Notes under the pieces: model-generated | The model's database searches: none | Told to the model about the DNA's origin: nothing | What the model saw: only the letters and a program-made list of their open reading frames with translations | DNA from: Sphyrna mokarran | Taxonomy: Eukaryota | Direction: 5' to 3' | DNA: 64,000 nt | Assembly: GCA_024679065.1 (NCBI GenBank) | Contig: JAGIQG010000005.1 | Span: forward strand, 102,362,001 to 102,426,000 | Part shown: piece by piece, positions 40,971 to 54,450 of the stretch | Layout of the letters: the number at the start of each line of letters is the position of its first letter | Position numbering within the stretch: the first letter of the stretch is position 1 | Position numbers and translations under genes: made by a program

Positions 40971-41114
40971 TTCTGCAGGCACCTGATTCTGACTGAGAAG
41001 GGCTGTATTGACTGGAAACTAATGTATTTCACGCTACAAAAATATTGTCCAAAGAAGGAACAATATGGAGATGCTCTGCAGTTTTGCCGCCATTGCAGTA
41101 TTTTGTTCTGGAAG
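40971..41114 (+). CDS. FBXO25: FBXO25 coding exon 8 (FCRHLILTEKGCIDWKLMYF...FCRHCSILFWK)
   Basis: Acceptor catttgcag, donor AAG|GTAATT. FCRHLIL and CRHCSILFWK are FBXO25-type rather than FBXO32-type. Confidence 0.97.
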
Positions 41115-42908
41115 GTAATTTGATGTTAGCACCAAATCCACCTAAAAATCATCTCTATTTCTGGTGTTGTAATTGTATTTTTTTTAGAAACTCAAGCAAA
41201 TTGCATTCATGTTCAATTTCTGACAGGAAAAACCTCTCCATCTACCCCCAGCTAGTAAAAAGCAAAATATTATATGTATGCAGACAATGCTTAAGTGTTT
41301 TCTTCACTGATGTGACTAAACCCCATAAATGCAGAAGATATAGCACAGATATACTAAAACAATATAAAGAGGGAGGGAGATTAGTTAGGCAGAGAGATTG
41401 GAGAAATTGGACGTATACTCCTTTGCAAGTGACTTAATGCAGATATTCAAAATTGAGGGCTTTTGATAAGCAAGTAGTGAAAGTAACTCCTCTGGCAAAT
41501 TAGTTAGTAACCATGAATGATTTTTTTTTTAAAGTTGCAAAAGCATAAGAGGGGAAATGAGACATTTCTTTACACAAAAGATTGTTAAAATCTGGAATAA
41601 ACTGCCTGAAATGATGATGAAACCCAATTACATAAGAAAGCAGTTAATTATTTGATATTTTTGATTTGATTGCACAGTTCAAGTTTGCAGAAGCTTGAAA
41701 AGCAGAAGTGCAAAACTAATTTGGGCACCTCTTTCAAAGAATCAACACAGTCCTGATGGGCCAAGTAGCTTTCTTCTCTGCTGTAAGATTCCTATTCCCT
41801 ATAACATTACAGAACTATTGCTTGCGTTACTATAAATCAGTGGTCTTAGATTCAAGAGCTCAATAGTTAGGAACACTACAATATAACAGTACATTGACAT
41901 TCTCTACCAAGGTAGAAGTGGACTACAGGGAAGGTTTTCTATTACAACAAGAGCTGCATTGACCTTGCTGAAGTGGATGTGAAGTTTAAAATCAATGGAA
42001 TATATTTTAAATACTTCAAGATCTCATTTTGAAAACCTCCAAGGTGAAGCATTTCAATATCAAGGTTTCAGTAATTGAATTTTTAAATCCCATTTTCGAA
42101 TTGAGTATTGCATTTTGCAATAATTCCAGACTGCGGTTTTTCTTTCTTCCAGTTATTTGTGTCAATTTGTTCATCAAGTTGAAATGTTAACTTAAATACT
42201 TCTAGAATATTTATTTTTGAAGCAATGTTATCAGCTACAACAACAATAGCACCTGTAACATAGTAAAACATGAAGATACTTCACTGAAACATGATGAGAT
42301 CAGATTTGACATTCACCAAGAAGAAAAATTAGACAGGTCAAAGAAGTAGGTTTAAATAAGCATTCTAATTGAGGAGAGAGAGAAAGGGGTGGAGATAATG
42401 CAGTGTTCTTTGCCAGGCTTTTACTGTAAGCCATGGAAAATTTGAAGCTTGCTGATTTTCCTGAAAGCCATTATGCTCACCACTATAACAGAAAGTGAAT
42501 TTTCATTCTGTTCATGCTTTCCAATTATTGGGTTAAAAATATGAAGCTTCAGTATTAAGCATCTAACTGTTGTGTGCAATAAGAAATCTAGCATCTCCTA
42601 TTTATTAAATTTGTGAAATAGTATCTCTTATTTATAATTGCCCCCAAGCTACCTAGTGAATTATTCCACAGCTTTAAAACAAATAGCCAGTAATATAATA
42701 CATACTGTGTAAGTTAATTGTTTTTATTATTCCATTAACCAATTAAGAGTGATATTACAGAAGAAGCTTCGCTCAGGAACGGTTCACTGGAAAGGGTAAA
42801 CGGGTTGGAAAAATCCTTGCCTCTATTCTTTTAACTGTTCCTATTTATCCTTTTTCTTCCTTTTTCCTTCATGCTTACCCCTCCTGCTCCTTCTTCTTCA
42901 TCTCAAAG

Positions 42909-42935
42909 GACTACCATCTTGCTTTATTATTCAAG
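42909..42935 (+). CDS. FBXO25: FBXO25 27-nt frame-preserving microexon (DYHLALLFK), probably alternatively spliced
   Basis: Long pyrimidine tract, then tctcaaag|GAC TAC CAT CTT GCT TTA TTA TTC AAG|gtattt. The peptide matches the insert of the long mammalian FBXO25 isoform as I recall it. Confidence 0.88.
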
Positions 42936-43197
42936 GTATTTTGAAATATTTACATCCTTGAATTTTAACTGCTTCATTGAATTAGATAATGATTATAGAA
43001 ATAAAAATTTTGATATCTCAATTCAACATTATTAGAGGACAAGGGCTGGCTTTTAAAAACTGCTCATGGCTTCTTTCAATTAAGATATACTATGTTTGAA
43101 GTCTTTGAGAAGTAACAAACAAATGAGCAGCAAATTTTTTGATACTGTAATCAGTTACAAAAGTACTTAATTTTTATTTTTTTTTCTTTTTCATTAG

Positions 43198-43287
43198 GAT
43201 ACAGGACATCCATGTACAGCCAACAATCCTGAAAGCTGCTCTACACCAGTGTCACCTCAGCACTTCATAGATCTTTTTAAGTTTTAA
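43198..43287 (+). CDS. FBXO25: FBXO25 last coding exon (DTGHPCTANNPESCSTPVSPQHFIDLFKF*)
   Basis: Acceptor tttcattag, TAA at 43285-43287. C-terminus SPQHFIDLFKF matches FBXO25. Confidence 0.97.
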   Translation, partial: DTGHPCTANNPESCSTPVSPQHFIDLFKF

Positions 43288-43405
43288 ATAGAACTATTAA
43301 TGCTTCAAAGATTTTATTTTAGATGACTTCTGTTTTTTTTTTTGCAGAGCACTTTACTGCTTTTCTCATTCTTGTGCAATTCATTTGTTCTTTAATTAGT
43401 TTTTA

Positions 43406-43411
43406 AATAAA
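43406..43411 (+). terminator. Candidate proximal polyadenylation signal of FBXO25
   Basis: First AATAAA about 120 nt after the stop codon. Usage is not shown. Confidence 0.4.
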
Positions 43412-46400
43412 ACTAGCATATAAACATTATAAAACATAAAAAATCAGGGGGAAGAAGTCATGTAGATTTGTGTTTCTGTGGAATACAAAAACATTATAGC
43501 TCTTTACTTCCAGATGTTTGCATGGAATTCATTCTTAGTTTAAAAGTTTCAATAATGTTACAACTTGTTAAGTTTAAGTATTTTGCACATAATGGGTACA
43601 TTCAGCTTGAAATATAATTTAATTACTGAAATAATTGTTTTAGCAACTTTTTTAGCAACATATTAAAATCTGCTGAGATTGATGCACAATTTATAATCTA
43701 GCATACTATCTTTTTAAAATACAAAGCACTTTGTTTTCTGTTTTTAAGCTGTATTTTGAACAGAACATTGACCCTACAAAGCATTATGTATGATTGTTAT
43801 ACTTTAAGATGTCTCTACATGGATAGGATAAAACCATGTTATTGCTTTGAATTGTGATATTTAAGGTTTTTCAAAAATATATTGCAGATAATGTGCATTA
43901 TTTTATAAAATAATCATTCCAGCTGCCTGTGATGCTAGGCTAAGAGACTTGCTGAAAGCAAATGTTATATTGTTACAAGATTGAGTGCAAAATATACAAT
44001 TGTTATTTAAAGTGGGGAAAATAAACTCCCACAGTATTAAAGCTGTAAGTTTTTTTTGGTGTGAAAACAGTAATGTACTGCTTAGACTCTGTAGATATTT
44101 GGAAAATGAGGAGGAAATAAAAGACAATTTGGTCCCCAATTGTTTAATCTATCCATTTGCGTATTACGTATTGGAGATTGAAGTTGAGATGTGCTCTGCA
44201 CAGTAAGTACCAACTTTTGCTTTTTTTCTGAAGTTTCAATTTTATCTATATTGCTGCTCTGTATTTGCTAAGGTAGGGTTCCATTGGTACTAGCAGTATC
44301 TCTGGCAATCTGCCCAAATTACTGTTCGCATGTGAGCCAAGATGGTGTCTGCGAGCAATCTGTCACAGAGGATACAATGGCTGAACCTTATCCTATTTAT
44401 ATAGATGTGCACTATCTAGTTAGAATTTTCTGAGTATTTCTCATGTCTGCCTGAGGACCTATAGACAATCACTTATTTTAATTTTAAACACTTTTCCCCC
44501 ACCCACACTCTTATCCCATTTAATCTGATCTACTAGGATTATAATTGTTTAGGGCAACATATTGCTTGTATATTTTACTGTGTATTTCATGAAAAAAGTA
44601 GTGTTAGGATGAACACAAGGTAATTAATATACTAAAACTCATTAAGATTCTTGTTTATTTTGAGTGAGCTTTATATTGAAGGAATCACAGTAGATCATAT
44701 TTTCTGAGTTTTTGTAAAGGAGAATGATTTCTGCTGTATTTCTCATTAATTTTTGTTCGTTCATTTTTCTATAAAGGTTATACTTGTTTAGTCTATACTT
44801 ATTAACCATAGCATATTTGACTGTGTGCCTATAAAAGTACACTGACATTTGTTCATCAAACACTAATGTTTAAGTTTTCCTCTCTTTATAAAATCATGGT
44901 CTATTATAAGCTCTTGCTCAAAATCATTTGGTGTATATACAAGAAACAGGAGGAGGAATAGGCCATATGACCCCTCCAGTTTGTTTTGCTATGGAGGAAG
45001 ATTATGGTTGAATTTCTGAATCAGCTATTTTCCTGCCCTATCCATCTTATGGAATACAAAAATCTCTTTTTTTCAGGCCTATATATGCTTGTTGAGCATT
45101 TTCACGTTTCTGAAATACAAAAGGGAGATTGATAACCCTTTTTAATGAAGATATTCTTTGTATTGACTCTAAAATGATCAACCCCTTTATCTTGAGACTA
45201 ACTTACAGTTGTAAACTCTCCAGCTAGAGGACATAGCCTGTCAGCATATCACTTCTATAAAACCTTTGAAAATTAATTAGATTGATTCCTGACATGTATG
45301 AAGAAAAATGTGCAGGTTATGTTCGATCCACAGAAGGATAAATTCAATCGAAACAGTTATTGCCCCACAAGTCAACACTCAAGTCATCTGCAAAGTGCTG
45401 GAATATGTCATTAACAGAGCTACCTAGCAAGACCTCAGTAAACACAGCTCACTATTGCTCAGTTTAGGTTCCACCAGAGTCACCTACAGTCTTGGTGCAA
45501 ACATGGACAAATAAGCTGAGAATGAGTGCTTTTGACATCAAGTGGCATTTGACTGAATTTGTAATCACATCAAGAGAGAAATGTGGTAATGCTACCTCAA
45601 TATCCTGGTCGTATATCTGAATCTGGTTATAGCTCAGTCGTTAACATTCAGTTTTCTGAATATATCAATTAAAAAAAATGCATCAAACTCTGAAATACCA
45701 GGCTCATATTCTCCTATCTGCAGATTGTTTCTAGATAGCACCTAAATTATTCTATTGCAGAGTTATTATGTTAGCATTTAGAAAGATGTTTTCTTGCCTT
45801 TCAACCCATAAATAATGTCTAAAAACAATTCATTTAATTTTCTGTGGAGTAAAAGGCTTTTGCAATATGTTTTACTATGTATTTTTTATTTTGCTGACTC
45901 CAGTATCTTTGGTAATAGAGTCCCATTTATGCTAAAAATGTTTTTTCTCTGAAATACATAATCTAATTTCACATAAGAAACTTTTTCATATATAAGCAAA
46001 TGCTTACATCATAATATTGAAGGTCAGCAGTGCAAAACCTTGATCAGCCCTAAGGAATGGTAAAATGCAAACTCAGCCCTAGTGATTTATAATAGTGAAT
46101 CTCTCAACTTCCAGCAAACTGACAAATATATTAATAAATAATTTAACTGTCCTTAGCTGCATTGGATTCTCATCTCAGAGAGGATAGAGTTACCCCAACT
46201 GGACCTCTTTCTGTTCCAGTGATGGTGGTTAATGCCTGCCAGTGATTTGAATCCTAAATCCTATGTTGAATGATGGGACAAAAAATGGTGATGTAATTGT
46301 AAATTGCTGAGATGGGTTTGTGGGGGGAAAACACTCTGGGGGGAAAATACTCTGGGGAAAATTCTTCTGGTCCTTTTAAGGTGATCAAAATCAGCCTAGA

Positions 46401-48479
46401 AGATCCCATAGACCTAGATTTAGCAATAGTCACTTTTCCCTTCTATATAATGCAAACCTACCTTCCAATAAAATGCAATGCTATACAATTCAATCTTGGC
46501 TTCATTCATGGTCAGTGCAGGCTTAGAGGGCCAAAGGGCCTGTGCCCATGTAATCTTCTTTCAACTGGATTAGTTTTTTTTAAAACTTATTCAGAGAGTT
46601 ACATATAGCATCTTTTAGCAACATGTACCAGGAAATGGCTGGTCAAGAACGATGCCGATCTTCTAGTTACTTTGAAACTATTTTTCCTTCACAGGTCCCA
46701 CATGCATGTGATCATTTACAAATCTAATTTTTCATAAAATTCCTTAAATCAACCATGAGGAGAGATTTCTTATAGATGCTTGCTTTCAACTGACACAATA
46801 ACCCTATTGCATGACTAAGTTCACTTTAATGGAATGTGAGCATCACTCCATCCCTAGCTGCTGTTCATTTCAGAGGGCATTTGAGTGTCAATTACATTGC
46901 TGTATCTGGAGTCACATGTACAGCAGACCAGGTAAGGGCAGCAGATTTCTTTTCCCAAAGACATTAGTGAATCATCTGGGTTTTTACAATTGCCAATAGT
47001 CATTATTAGACTGTTAAATCCAATTTTTTTATTAAATTCAAATTTCACCAAAAACATTATCTCCGGGAACAAGAAAAAACCCAGACTAGTTTGGGGAAAA
47101 TTTCTGGAAAGTTAACCTCTTTAGGCAATGGAAACTATTCCAGGAAATAAATCTAGCCCTAACTTCCTTCAAGTATTTATTTTGAGATAAACCAGAAACA
47201 AACCTTCCTTGTAAAGCAATTATATAAATTTTGCTTTAAAATGAATTTGCTGATTCCAGATGTGAGCAAGGAAGAATGTCTAATGTGTTAACTTATCATT
47301 GCTGATGAGGCCATTGAACTTTTTTTTAGCACTGCCCAACAATTCTGTAAAGGGAGATGGGATTTTATTCTACTTCCCTCCAGGTTACACACAAGCATAA
47401 CAGTTAGCAGCAGAAATAAGCCACACACTTCTGCTCCCCCCCCCCCCCCCCAGCTCCAGCCTGCTCCAAAGGGTATTTTCTGGTCTTCTCAAACATTTGT
47501 CTCAGCAGAAGATGGTGTACCATCTGTCAACAATGGGATCTTATAGCCCTGCTATTGTCAATGAGATCTCTAATTGACTGTCTCTCACATTGCCAGAAAA
47601 TCCAGTGGTGGGGGGGTGCACTAGCAGTAGGACCAGAAGAGCCCACCAACACAAACAACCAGAGAATCCCAACTAATATTTCACCTCAGTTCTAAATAGT
47701 CCTCAATTGTTGGGATCACTGTACTTAAATGCAACCTCTGCTGTTACCTCATCAAGGTATCAGAATTTTATACATTTCAATAAAATCACCTTTCTTTCAA
47801 ACAGAGAATAAAAGGATCACTAATTTTTTTTCATAATATTACATTGAAAATAAATCTTGTGCACCTGCTGTGCACAGTCTAAACCAAGTATATTCCCTCC
47901 TTAGAGAAAAACAATTGTACACAATGCAGTTTGGTATTCTCACCAAAGCTCAATATAACTATAGCAAACTTTTCATCCCTCGGCACTCCAGCCCCCTTGT
48001 ACTAAAAATAATAATTTCTGCTGGTAAATTAATCTTGGAGCCTGTGCCTCTCAATTCAACTTCCTCTAATTTTACGAGATTTATCCCAGTCATTACTTCA
48101 GCACATACATAAATGTCACTTAACCAGGAAACATCCTCTACCACTCTAGGCAACCTTTTCTAATTGCCACAAAAGTGGCACAAACTGAGGAAGTCTAGTA
48201 GTAGTATTTTAAATTCACCATCCTGTTTTTCTATTGATATTTTCAACACTATTTATTTAATTGACATTTCTATTTATTGTATGTGCAGGTAATCTCAGCT
48301 CAGAGAAATTTTAGTATTGAACATTAAGTTGTTAGATGTCACATTCCACAATTTTTGACCCACTGAATTTTTTTTAAATTAAACACTGCTACATTGATCA
48401 GACAGAGTGAAATAAATACATTCTTCTAGAAGCTTGTTTAGATGAATAACAATAAACTGTTTCCAATTGAGTGAAAACA

Positions 48480-51400
48480 AAATTTTGTCTTCAGAATACT
48501 TTATTAACGTGAAGCAATCTTGCCTGCAAAAAGTATCCACGGAAAACAAAGTGCTAACTATTAATCAAGTTTCAAATTCAACTCCTAATATAAAATGCCT
48601 TCTGCTTTGATATATTTTAAATTTCACATCAAAATCAAATAAGATGGACTATTGTGTAAAAAAAACAAGAACTCTAGTACTAAAATTATATCAAAAATGT
48701 TTAAATGGGAAATTCTCATTACAAAAGATACATTTATAATAGAATTGTATTAAAAAGATCCTCCCACAATTAAGATTTAACAAGGTTAACATCCAAACTT
48801 TAATTATATTCACAAATGCTAGCACAGGTTTTGCATAGTTGTATTTATTAATCAAGTCTGCCTTTAAGTTTACAAATAAAGAATACGAGTGTATAATGTG
48901 TACTTCAGTAGTTTTGGTCTGGCAATCAAATATATTTTATTCATAGTATTAAATACTTTGGCAGCATGGTTTGACATGTTAGCAAATAGAAAGTACATGC
49001 CTGTTAGAAAATTGTTGCATTTTCTTTTGTTTTCTGAAGGATGAAAGATTCTACAGATGAATATGATGATCCATCTTCAAGCTTGTACTACTTGATAGGG
49101 TAGCAAAAGAAAAATGACATTTCTAAAAAACTATCACCCTGAGATGCAATTCAAATAACTTTATACAACTGTTTCTGCCAACTATGCTTCACTGCAGAAT
49201 GGCAAAGCTATGTGCTGGAGAGAAAAAAATAACTGCTATAATGCTGTTTTAACTAGAATTTGGATTAGGGTTCATGTTTAAGCTGTCTGATCAGAGGCAA
49301 CACCTAATGAATTACTCACATTGCCCTGGTGTGATTTTTATTATATCCCTTTCCAAACCAGATTCATGGTACTCGGTTACTTAAGCTTTAACGCAAGAAC
49401 ACTACTTATAGCAAAGGAGCAATGAATCTTGAAATCTGACCATCTTGCATTATTTCACAAAGACCAAACATTCATTGGATAAAGGTGAAGGTCACATTTC
49501 AAAGCGTGAAATGGAACATTAAAATATATAGCATTTGATCAGTGCTTTTTATTTTTTTTTAAATTTTTGGCAAACATTTAATGAATATTTGTTATATATG
49601 CAAATTATGCTTTTTAAAAACATGGAATCCATTTCAAATCTATTAGGCAACTAAAATTTTTTTTGTGCCAGCAATTCTATTGAATTATCCTTGCCAACAG
49701 TACTACAAAATACACTCAGCTGGCATTTTAGCAGTTAAGCAAAACTGCTAAAATCCAGTTTGGAAATTACCAAATTTCAAAATTGTTGAAACAAAAAAAA
49801 GCAATCATCCATTGATCAAAAAGTCTTTTTTTTTTGTTGATATTTTCCCCTCCTCACATGAATATTCACCATTGTATAGGGTGTTTTTTTGTTGGGTATG
49901 ATTCCATTTGTCAGGCAGACATAGTCAAAATGTCAGTACAAGGCCAAGCCAACTTCAGGAGCAGTGTTGTCGGTACCACATACAAACATGTTGTAACAGG
50001 AGGAGGTAATTTAGACTATTGAGCTGGTTCATCATTCATTTTGATTGCAGCCAATCTGTACCCCAACCCAATGTTATCCTCTTGTGCAAAAGATTGAAAT
50101 ACCTTTAGCATAACAAAAATTTTATCAATCTCAATTTAAACATTTTGATTGACAAAAATTTGCACAGATCTTTAAAGAAGGAGGGGAAAAGAATTTACAA
50201 AATTTTACCACCATTCATGTGAAAAAGTTTCATCATTTCACTCAAACACCTTACTTCTGATTTCAAATCTGGTATGTAATTCCCACATAAGAGATAACCA
50301 TGATAAATTTAATAGTGAGGCAGCCCTTGATAACGACTTAAAATAGTTGTTAGAACCCTTACGTATATGAACGAAATGATACCTTTCCAGTAGGCTATAG
50401 GATTTAGGCCAGTGTCTCTCTCTATTTATAATTCATTCACAATTTGCACAAAATGCATTTCTGAAGATGTTTTACAAAAGAATCAGGCTACAGATTTTCA
50501 GTCTTTGAAATCTAGAAACACTGCTTTATAAAATCTGGCCCCAACCTAGAGGTGCTTAAATGCTCGACTGCTTAAAAGGATCTAATTTTAGATTAGAATA
50601 TGACAGGCAAAGTGGTCCTCAAAGAAAATCTTCCTCTACACCTCTCCCATATTCACTTCATCAGTGCATTGCTGGCATGTTACTGTTTTCAGTGGAGATG
50701 TTAACTGCTAATTGTAGAAGTGTCCATGCCCCAAATTACAATTAAAGAAACAATGTAGCCAGAATATCTACCCTTAATCCATCAGTCACTGGCTGCTGCT
50801 CAGTGTGTAAAGTTGAATGTCTGAGAGACTAGAGGATTGGACTGGTCTTGTAACAATCCTCATGATCAATAAACCATCCACATTGTTCAGGTTCACACAA
50901 TGAAATCACAAAGATACTATTCCCATATATAAGCATGAATCAGAATCTTCATGTAAAAAGGAGAAAAGATATAAATTAAAGTATATAAAACAAACGGCAT
51001 TGACTAGGTGTGTCAAGATCAATTGAAAATGAAATTATTGGATCACCCTGAAGAATCTCAAGCATGTTTGATGCATCTGGACGTGGAGTCCTTCCTATAA
51101 TGCTCATCAGAATTAAATAATGGGAGGCACATTTGGTCCAGAACAACATCCAATGCTGGTAAGATGCTGGTGTCTAAACAAATCCCAACTTCAGCCAATG
51201 TTCAAATTCAATGCACTAGATGGAGTTTCATCCCTTCTCACTTAGACTGGTAAAGCATCATACAGCAGAGGAACAAAAAAAAAGTTCCCCTTTCAGGCAA
51301 CTATTCAAAGATCACTTGTACCATTAATATGTCACCCATTCCTCCTTTGCTTGAAGAAGGGGGAGTGAGAATTTAAATTAAGAGATAAAGTATTAATAAA

Positions 51401-51717
51401 TAGAATTACATTTAGGCACTGAGTTAAGCTGATGTCAAAACCACCAAATAATACTAATGGAGCAACTTAGTGAAAGGTCATCTAAATGGAAAACATGTAA
51501 TTACATTTATTGAAATAATTATGGCACAGAGAAATTAGCAATTCTGATTCAATTGAAATATAGTGCTGACCAGGCACCGGTTTCTTCACTTGTACACAAA
51601 ATCACACGCAAAATGAATTTTTAAAAAAAGAGTGCACAGAAAGCATGATTACAAATACAGCAGTGAAGAATGGTGCAAACCGAACGGTAGACTAACATTA
51701 AGGCAGATAATTAAGTA
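48480..51717 (-). other. TDRP: Probable long TDRP 3' UTR with distal poly(A) signal
   Basis: Minus-strand AATAAA at 48500-48505 followed by a U/GU-rich stretch. Another AATAAA at ~51507. The region is AU-rich and relatively repeat-poor. Confidence 0.45.
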
Positions 51718-52048
51718 TCACTCAAGCTCCTCCCAGCAGTCAGTCAGATTTCCTTTGCTGCGTCTCCTCATTCCAGGCAGCTTTCCTGCTGTCATTATGC
51801 TCCACCTGGAGCCACTTGTGTTTGCCTCACTGTCCAGGCTAGTATATTTGGAACTGCCACTGGTCTCACTCGTCCAGTCAGACCAGGCATTGGAATCAGA
51901 CAGACAAGGATTCTCCACCATTACTTGTGAATCCCAACCCTCATCCTCTGTAGGGATCTTGCTGGCTGAATTCTGTTTGATTCCTAAACTGTCCCAGAAA
52001 CTAGATTTCTTCTCTGTCTTCACTTCTTCTTTTAGTTTTACAGTGGTC
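51718..52048 (-). CDS. TDRP: TDRP (testis development related protein) last coding exon
   Basis: Translates as TTVKLKEEVKTEKKSSFWDSLGIKQN...KYTSL...RWSI...RRRSKGNLTDCWEELE*, matching the TDRP C-terminus. Minus-strand acceptor tatcttgcag ends at 52049. TDRP neighbours FBXO25 in human. Confidence 0.92.
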
Positions 52049-53329
52049 CTGCAAGATACAAGGAGGAGAAAGATCACTTGTGATGCTTTGAGTGCATCAT
52101 TTATAGTGTACAGCTATTTCCGTGATTTGATTTACTATGTATGGACAGTGGATGAATTATATTCAGATTTAGTTCACAATATTTATTTTGCCACAGCTAC
52201 TATTGCTGCTGAAACATATAACCGAATAAACAGTTATCCAGAGTTGAAAAACGCTGTCTGGTCTTTTGAAATTAATGCTCGACACCGAATAGGACAATGC
52301 TTGGAATTGCTCGCGGCCTGAAAACTCAGAACTGGAGGCAACAAATTCTGGTCTAAGTTAGCCCATCTCAGCAACGACAATGGTAAAGGCGCCACAATTA
52401 GAATCATTGCCTCGAAAGTTTGCACCAACAATAAACTTACAATTCCTTAGGATATTTATTCCACATTAAGGAGGTGTTTTGCAGTGACATGTGATTTAAC
52501 TTGACAAAAAGCCAAAGGAGGCAATCAAAAGAAAGTCCAAATGTTTGGTCAAAGAGCTGGTGTTTAAGGAATACCTTCAGAGGAGGGGGAAGGTGAGACA
52601 ATTCTAGACATGGGATCTTGACGACAGACACATAGCTTCAAATACAAAGTTACAGGGAGGGAAGGATACACTGGAGGCCGGAATCACAATAGCAAATTTG
52701 AACATGGAGGTGGTGTGTGGGTTTAAGTGTAGGGGAAAAAGAGAGTTTGAACATCCCCCAAAACGACAAAGCATTAGGAAGCCTGCTCCAAAACACTGAC
52801 TTTCACATCAACAGCAGCCCAGCAAGCTGCTATCACAGCAACTCGCTTGGGATTAGAGAGTAGCCTATTAACACAATAATTAGCGATACTGGCAGATTTT
52901 TCAACTAAATTTGCGATCCGAGTTTTCTGAAGATTGTCAGAAAATGCAATTAGGGACTGAATCTCAGTGAATTGAGAATAAATACCTAATAGTCACAACT
53001 GCTTCCTTACCTGCTAGGTATCTTTACTGAGAATAAGGTCTGTACTATCACATCAGATGGATATGCATTATCTACTTTAGAGTGAGTCTCAAATGAGGAC
53101 TAAGACGGCTGGTAATAGTAGTAGCAGCTTGCTGCTCCCAGACCTGTAGCTGTACAGGAAAATGAAGGGAGCAGCAAAAGGGTAAATACACAGGAGATCA
53201 TACAGTCTATCAGTTGAGGATTAGTTTCCTTGACATGGTCAGAAGAGAAATATATCAGGATCCTCTGGGTATTACATCAGCTGATGGCAAATATATTTGC
53301 ACCCAGCTTGTACATAACCTGCTGCCAAC

Positions 53330-54450
53330 TGGAGCAGGTGATTATGCTTTATCAGTGTTTGCCAAAGTTACCATTGGCCTCAAGCTTTTTTAATCTCTCG
53401 ATCCTTCCTGGGATCTGCAAAGACAAATTACAGAATCTTAATGATGCACAAATGCCCAAATGTCTGATGGCTTATTGCCAATTACATTAACTTTGCCTGT
53501 TATGATGCTAATCAGTATAAGCAGTCACTTGAGTTTGTATCTCTGGCTGGCTTTCCACAGATAAGTGTCAGCAACTACCCTGTATGATAATCAGGGCACT
53601 CAGATCAACAGCAAGAACTTCTACTCCATCAATGTGCAACTGGTCCAAAACCTCAGATCATGCTGCAACATTCCTGGACAGTTACATTTTTAATTAAAAA
53701 TGTGGACACTTTGGTTTCTTCCGTGAAGGAGATTAAATCACTGAGGTGCAGAGTGCTGCAGGAAAAAACAGCTGTAATGTGCATTTGTGGAAGAGTGTTC
53801 TGGATGCTGCATGAAAAATGTTTACTATTGTACCATTAACAGCTTCAAGATGTCATTGGAACCAAAGTAAGAGAGTTAGAAAGCTGAAGTTAGAAATCTT
53901 CACACCTAGAAACAGCTAACTATTGGCTGCTTGGAGGTGAGAAACAACCACCAAGCATGGCGGTGGCACAGTGGTTAGCACAGCTACCTCAACTCCAGGG
54001 ACTCGGATTCTATTCTGGCTTCAAGTGACTGTGTGGAGTCTGCACATTCTCCCCGTCTCTGCTTGGGTTGCCTCCAACTGTCCAAAAAAATGTGCGGGTT
54101 AAGTGAAATGGCCATACTAAAAATTGCTCATTACTATCAAGGCGATTAGCAAATTAAACACATGGCGTTCTGGGTAGGATTGTTGTCGGTGCAGGCTCGA
54201 TGGGCCCAATGGCCTCTTTCTGTATGTAGGGATTCTATGATATTTCTGCAAAACCCAAGAACAACCAAGAGCACCATAATCAATACGCCCCACCATAACC
54301 AAATGTATGACTATGACTGAACAGGCTGTCATTCAGCCTGCTGGAGATGCATTTCAGCAGATCTGAATATAGGCATTAATATACACTACCCAGATTTCCA
54401 GTAGAGTTGTGATTTGCTGCTCTATGCATCATATAACACAAGATGTGGAT
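53330..54450 (+). mobile_element. PIF/Harbinger transposase fossil interrupted by a SINE
   Basis: EFVSLAGFPQI (53531), NSKNFYSINVQLV (53607), WLLG (53924), LLEMHFSR (54338) and VVICCSMH (54406), in the colinear order of Harbinger transposases. Confidence 0.8.
53957..54242 (+). mobile_element. HE1-like SINE inserted in the Harbinger fossil
   Basis: ggtggcacagtggttagcaca...gggattctatgat. Confidence 0.8.

Noticed and set aside
8142-43287. Calling the gene FBXO32 (atrogin-1)
   Set aside because: FAEKQFCRHLIL, CRHCSILFWK, the DYHLALLFK microexon, the SPQHFIDLFKF end and the TDRP neighbour all indicate FBXO25.
46320-46370. Three imperfect ~16-bp GGGGAAAA-ACTCT tandem units, considered as a CRISPR-like array
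   Set aside because: No spacers and a eukaryotic context. This is an ordinary short tandem duplication.
51632-52321. 229-aa + strand ORF, the longest in the track
   Set aside because: Antisense shadow of the TDRP exon, starts at GTG and has no recognisable domain.
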